Positions 15,897-17,396 of a stretch of DNA of 17,396 nt are shown here, piece by piece. Positions within the stretch are counted from its first letter, which is position 1; the number at the start of each line of letters is the position of its first letter. The notes beneath the pieces were generated by a model, which saw nothing but the letters and a program-made list of their open reading frames with translations, was not told the DNA's origin and did not search any database. This DNA is from an uncultured bacterium (GTDB taxonomy: Bacteria; UBP14; UBA6098; B30-G16): NCBI GenBank assembly GCA_965552135.1, contig CBEVQY010000040.1, forward strand, positions 1 to 17,396, given 5' to 3'. A program made the position numbers and the translations under genes.

Positions 15897-17163
15897 GTTT
15901 TCGGAAGACTTCGCCGTTTTTGTGCAGGATGGCGGCACCGGCGGCGATTATGAGCGCGAGAGCCGAGACAGCGATTCGATACGACGTCCTCGTTCCCAAT
16001 CCTTCGGTCGCCAGGACGACTGCGCCCCAGACGAGCGGTCCGAGCACGGCGGCGGCTTTGCCTGTGAGGGAGTATAGCCCGAAGATCCTTCCGACCGTCT
16101 CGGGCGGCGAAAGCGACAGAATATACGGTCGCGACGCTGTCCACACGCCGCCGAGCATCGCGCCCAGCCACGCGCCGACAAACCAAAAGACCGTAAGCGA
16201 TGGCGATGCGACAAGTGCAGCGAGCCCCAGAACCCATCCACCGAGGACGAGCATAAGCGCCCGGTGCGGACCGATGGAGTCGGTCACACGCCCCCACACG
16301 AGGGATCCGAAGACCGCCGCGGTCGTCGAGACCATAAAGAACGGGATCTTCGCGCTGTCGGGCATGCCCATCGCTTTATCCGCGAAAACGCCCATAAATA
16401 TTATCGCCGTCTCGACGCCTTCTTGGAAAAGCAGCCTCGCCAGAAGGAATCTCCCCACGCCCGGGAACCTTTCGGCGTCCCGAAGCGCCTCAAGCACCTT
16501 TCGGAGAGGGTTTCCGCGGGACGAGTCGGCGGGATAGGGGCGTTTTGCCTCGTCGACGGCGAAGAAGATCAGCGTTGGTGCGGCGAAGGCGGCGAACAGC
16601 GCGGCTGTAGGTATGAAGGTTGCCGTGCGACCTCCGCCGCGCAAAAAGGGAACATCCACGCCCAAAAGCGTCCCCGTGTTGAACGGCATGACCACCGCCA
16701 TGCCGAATATCGATCCAACGTACCCCAACGCCGTTCCCAGACCGCTTATCTTCCCCCACCGCTGCGGCGGGCAGACGCGCGGCAGAAGGGAGTTATAGAA
16801 CGTCAGCGAGAGCTGATACGTCACGTTTGCGACGAAGAACGCAAGCAGGACCCCCACAAGGGCTTTTACCCGCGAGAAGGGCGTGATGGCGGCGGTTGCT
16901 GCTGCGGTCAGCGCGGCCGAGGCGACGAAGAAGGGCATCCGCTTGCCGCTTCGGTCGGAGATGGCGCCCAAAAAAGGCGCCAGAAAAACCACAGCAAGCT
17001 GCGAGGCGGAGTTAGCTGCGCTGACGTAAATGTCCTTGCCACCGAGCTCGGAGACCACAACGAGCGGAAAGTAAAGCGACACGACGTTCATCGAGAATAT
17101 CGTGTCGGCGAAGTCGTATATCGCCCACAAAAACTCCCGAAGCCTGTTCGCCGCTCGAGCCAT
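15862..17163 (-). CDS. MFS transporter, UMF1/Atg22-like family
   Basis: WAIYDFADTIFS...YFP, APFLGAISDRSGKR (motif A), FYNSLLP...GKISGLGTALGYVG and FGLYSLTGKAAAVLGP; about 12 TM. 3' end overlaps the convergent GT-C gene by 35 bp. Confidence 0.9.
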   Translation of the reverse strand: MARAANRLREFLWAIYDFADTIFSMNVVSLYFPLVVVSELGGKDIYVSAANSASQLAVVFLAPFLGAISDRSGKRMPFFVASAALTAAATAAITPFSRVKALVGVLLAFFVANVTYQLSLTFYNSLLPRVCPPQRWGKISGLGTALGYVGSIFGMAVVMPFNTGTLLGVDVPFLRGGGRTATFIPTAALFAAFAAPTLIFFAVDEAKRPYPADSSRGNPLRKVLEALRDAERFPGVGRFLLARLLFQEGVETAIIFMGVFADKAMGMPDSAKIPFFMVSTTAAVFGSLVWGRVTDSIGPHRALMLVLGGWVLGLAALVASPSLTVFWFVGAWLGAMLGGVWTASRPYILSLSPPETVGRIFGLYSLTGKAAAVLGPLVWGAVVLATEGLGTRTSYRIAVSALALIIAAGAAILHKNGEVFRKLSSAQPAQARR

Positions 17164-17169
17164 CGGGGA

Positions 17170-17198
17170 AATTTAGCCTATGCGAAGCCGAACTCCAA
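17170..17198 (-). promoter_or_regulatory. Putative sigma70-type promoter of the MFS gene (likely leaderless)
   Basis: Minus strand TTGGAG (17198-17193), 17 bp spacer, TAAATT (17175-17170), 6 bp, then ATG 17163. No SD. Confidence 0.5.
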
Positions 17199-17227
17199 CG
17201 ACTTAATCCCTCGCAACGCCCTCGCCC

Positions 17228-17256
17228 TTGACCTCAGGCGACTTTATCGATATTTT
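17228..17256 (+). promoter_or_regulatory. Putative sigma70-type promoter of the downstream exported-protein gene
   Basis: TTGACC (17228-17233), 17 bp spacer, TATTTT (17251-17256). Confidence 0.55.
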
Positions 17257-17287
17257 TATGATTGGGGGCGTTCCTTGGAGGTTTGGC

Positions 17288-17396
17288 ATGGGTCGTGTCG
17301 CTCCTTTGTTTTTGCTTTTCGCCTTTCTTTTCGCCCAGTCCGACAGCGTTGTGTACTACAACATGGAGCTTGTTGGTGTTTGGACTACCCCGGACA
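17288..17396 (+). CDS. N-terminus of an exported protein (3' truncated by window edge)
   Basis: GGAGGT SD 5 nt before ATG 17288. MGRVAPLFLLFAFLFA-QSDSVVYYNMELVGVWTTPD is a signal peptide followed by a frame open to the edge. Too short to assign a family. Confidence 0.7.
   Translation, partial: MGRVAPLFLLFAFLFAQSDSVVYYNMELVGVWTTPD

Noticed and set aside
15146..16537. 463-aa plus-strand ORF overlapping the GT-C and antisense to the MFS gene
   Set aside because: Alternative-frame ORF rich in R/A/P/G/S with no motifs. Both overlapped genes are well supported.

Overview
GC-rich bacterial chromosomal window, probably from a diderm FCB-superphylum lineage outside Bacteroidia. That placement is an inference: T9SS-like C-terminal domains occur alongside canonical sigma70-type promoters and strong Shine-Dalgarno sites. 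Left to right it contains: (1) the 3' end of a T9SS-CTD-bearing gene; (2) an sbcC/Rad50-type SMC ATPase with no adjacent sbcD; (3) a divergent gluzincin + beta-propeller + Omp85-barrel outer membrane protein; (4) rimO; (5) an ECF sigma / anti-sigma / two Spy-CpxP-like protein operon with a candidate autoregulated promoter and a clear terminator; (6) a divergent, tightly coupled six-gene envelope-glycosylation operon (GT9-like half protein, ArnC-like GT2, FG-GAP/ASPIC-UnbV protein with T9SS-like CTD, ArnE/F-like small flippase, CE4 deacetylase, ArnT-like GT-C) whose middle has lower GC; (7) a UMF1/Atg22-like MFS transporter; (8) the start of another exported protein. No rRNA, tRNA, CRISPR array or transposase was seen. 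The best candidate for an undescribed system is the arn-like lipid-carrier amino-sugar module, which lacks ArnA/ArnB and has a secreted propeller protein embedded in it. The protease-Omp85 fusion and a recurring leaderless-mRNA architecture come next. All calls are from reading motifs by eye; no searches were run.
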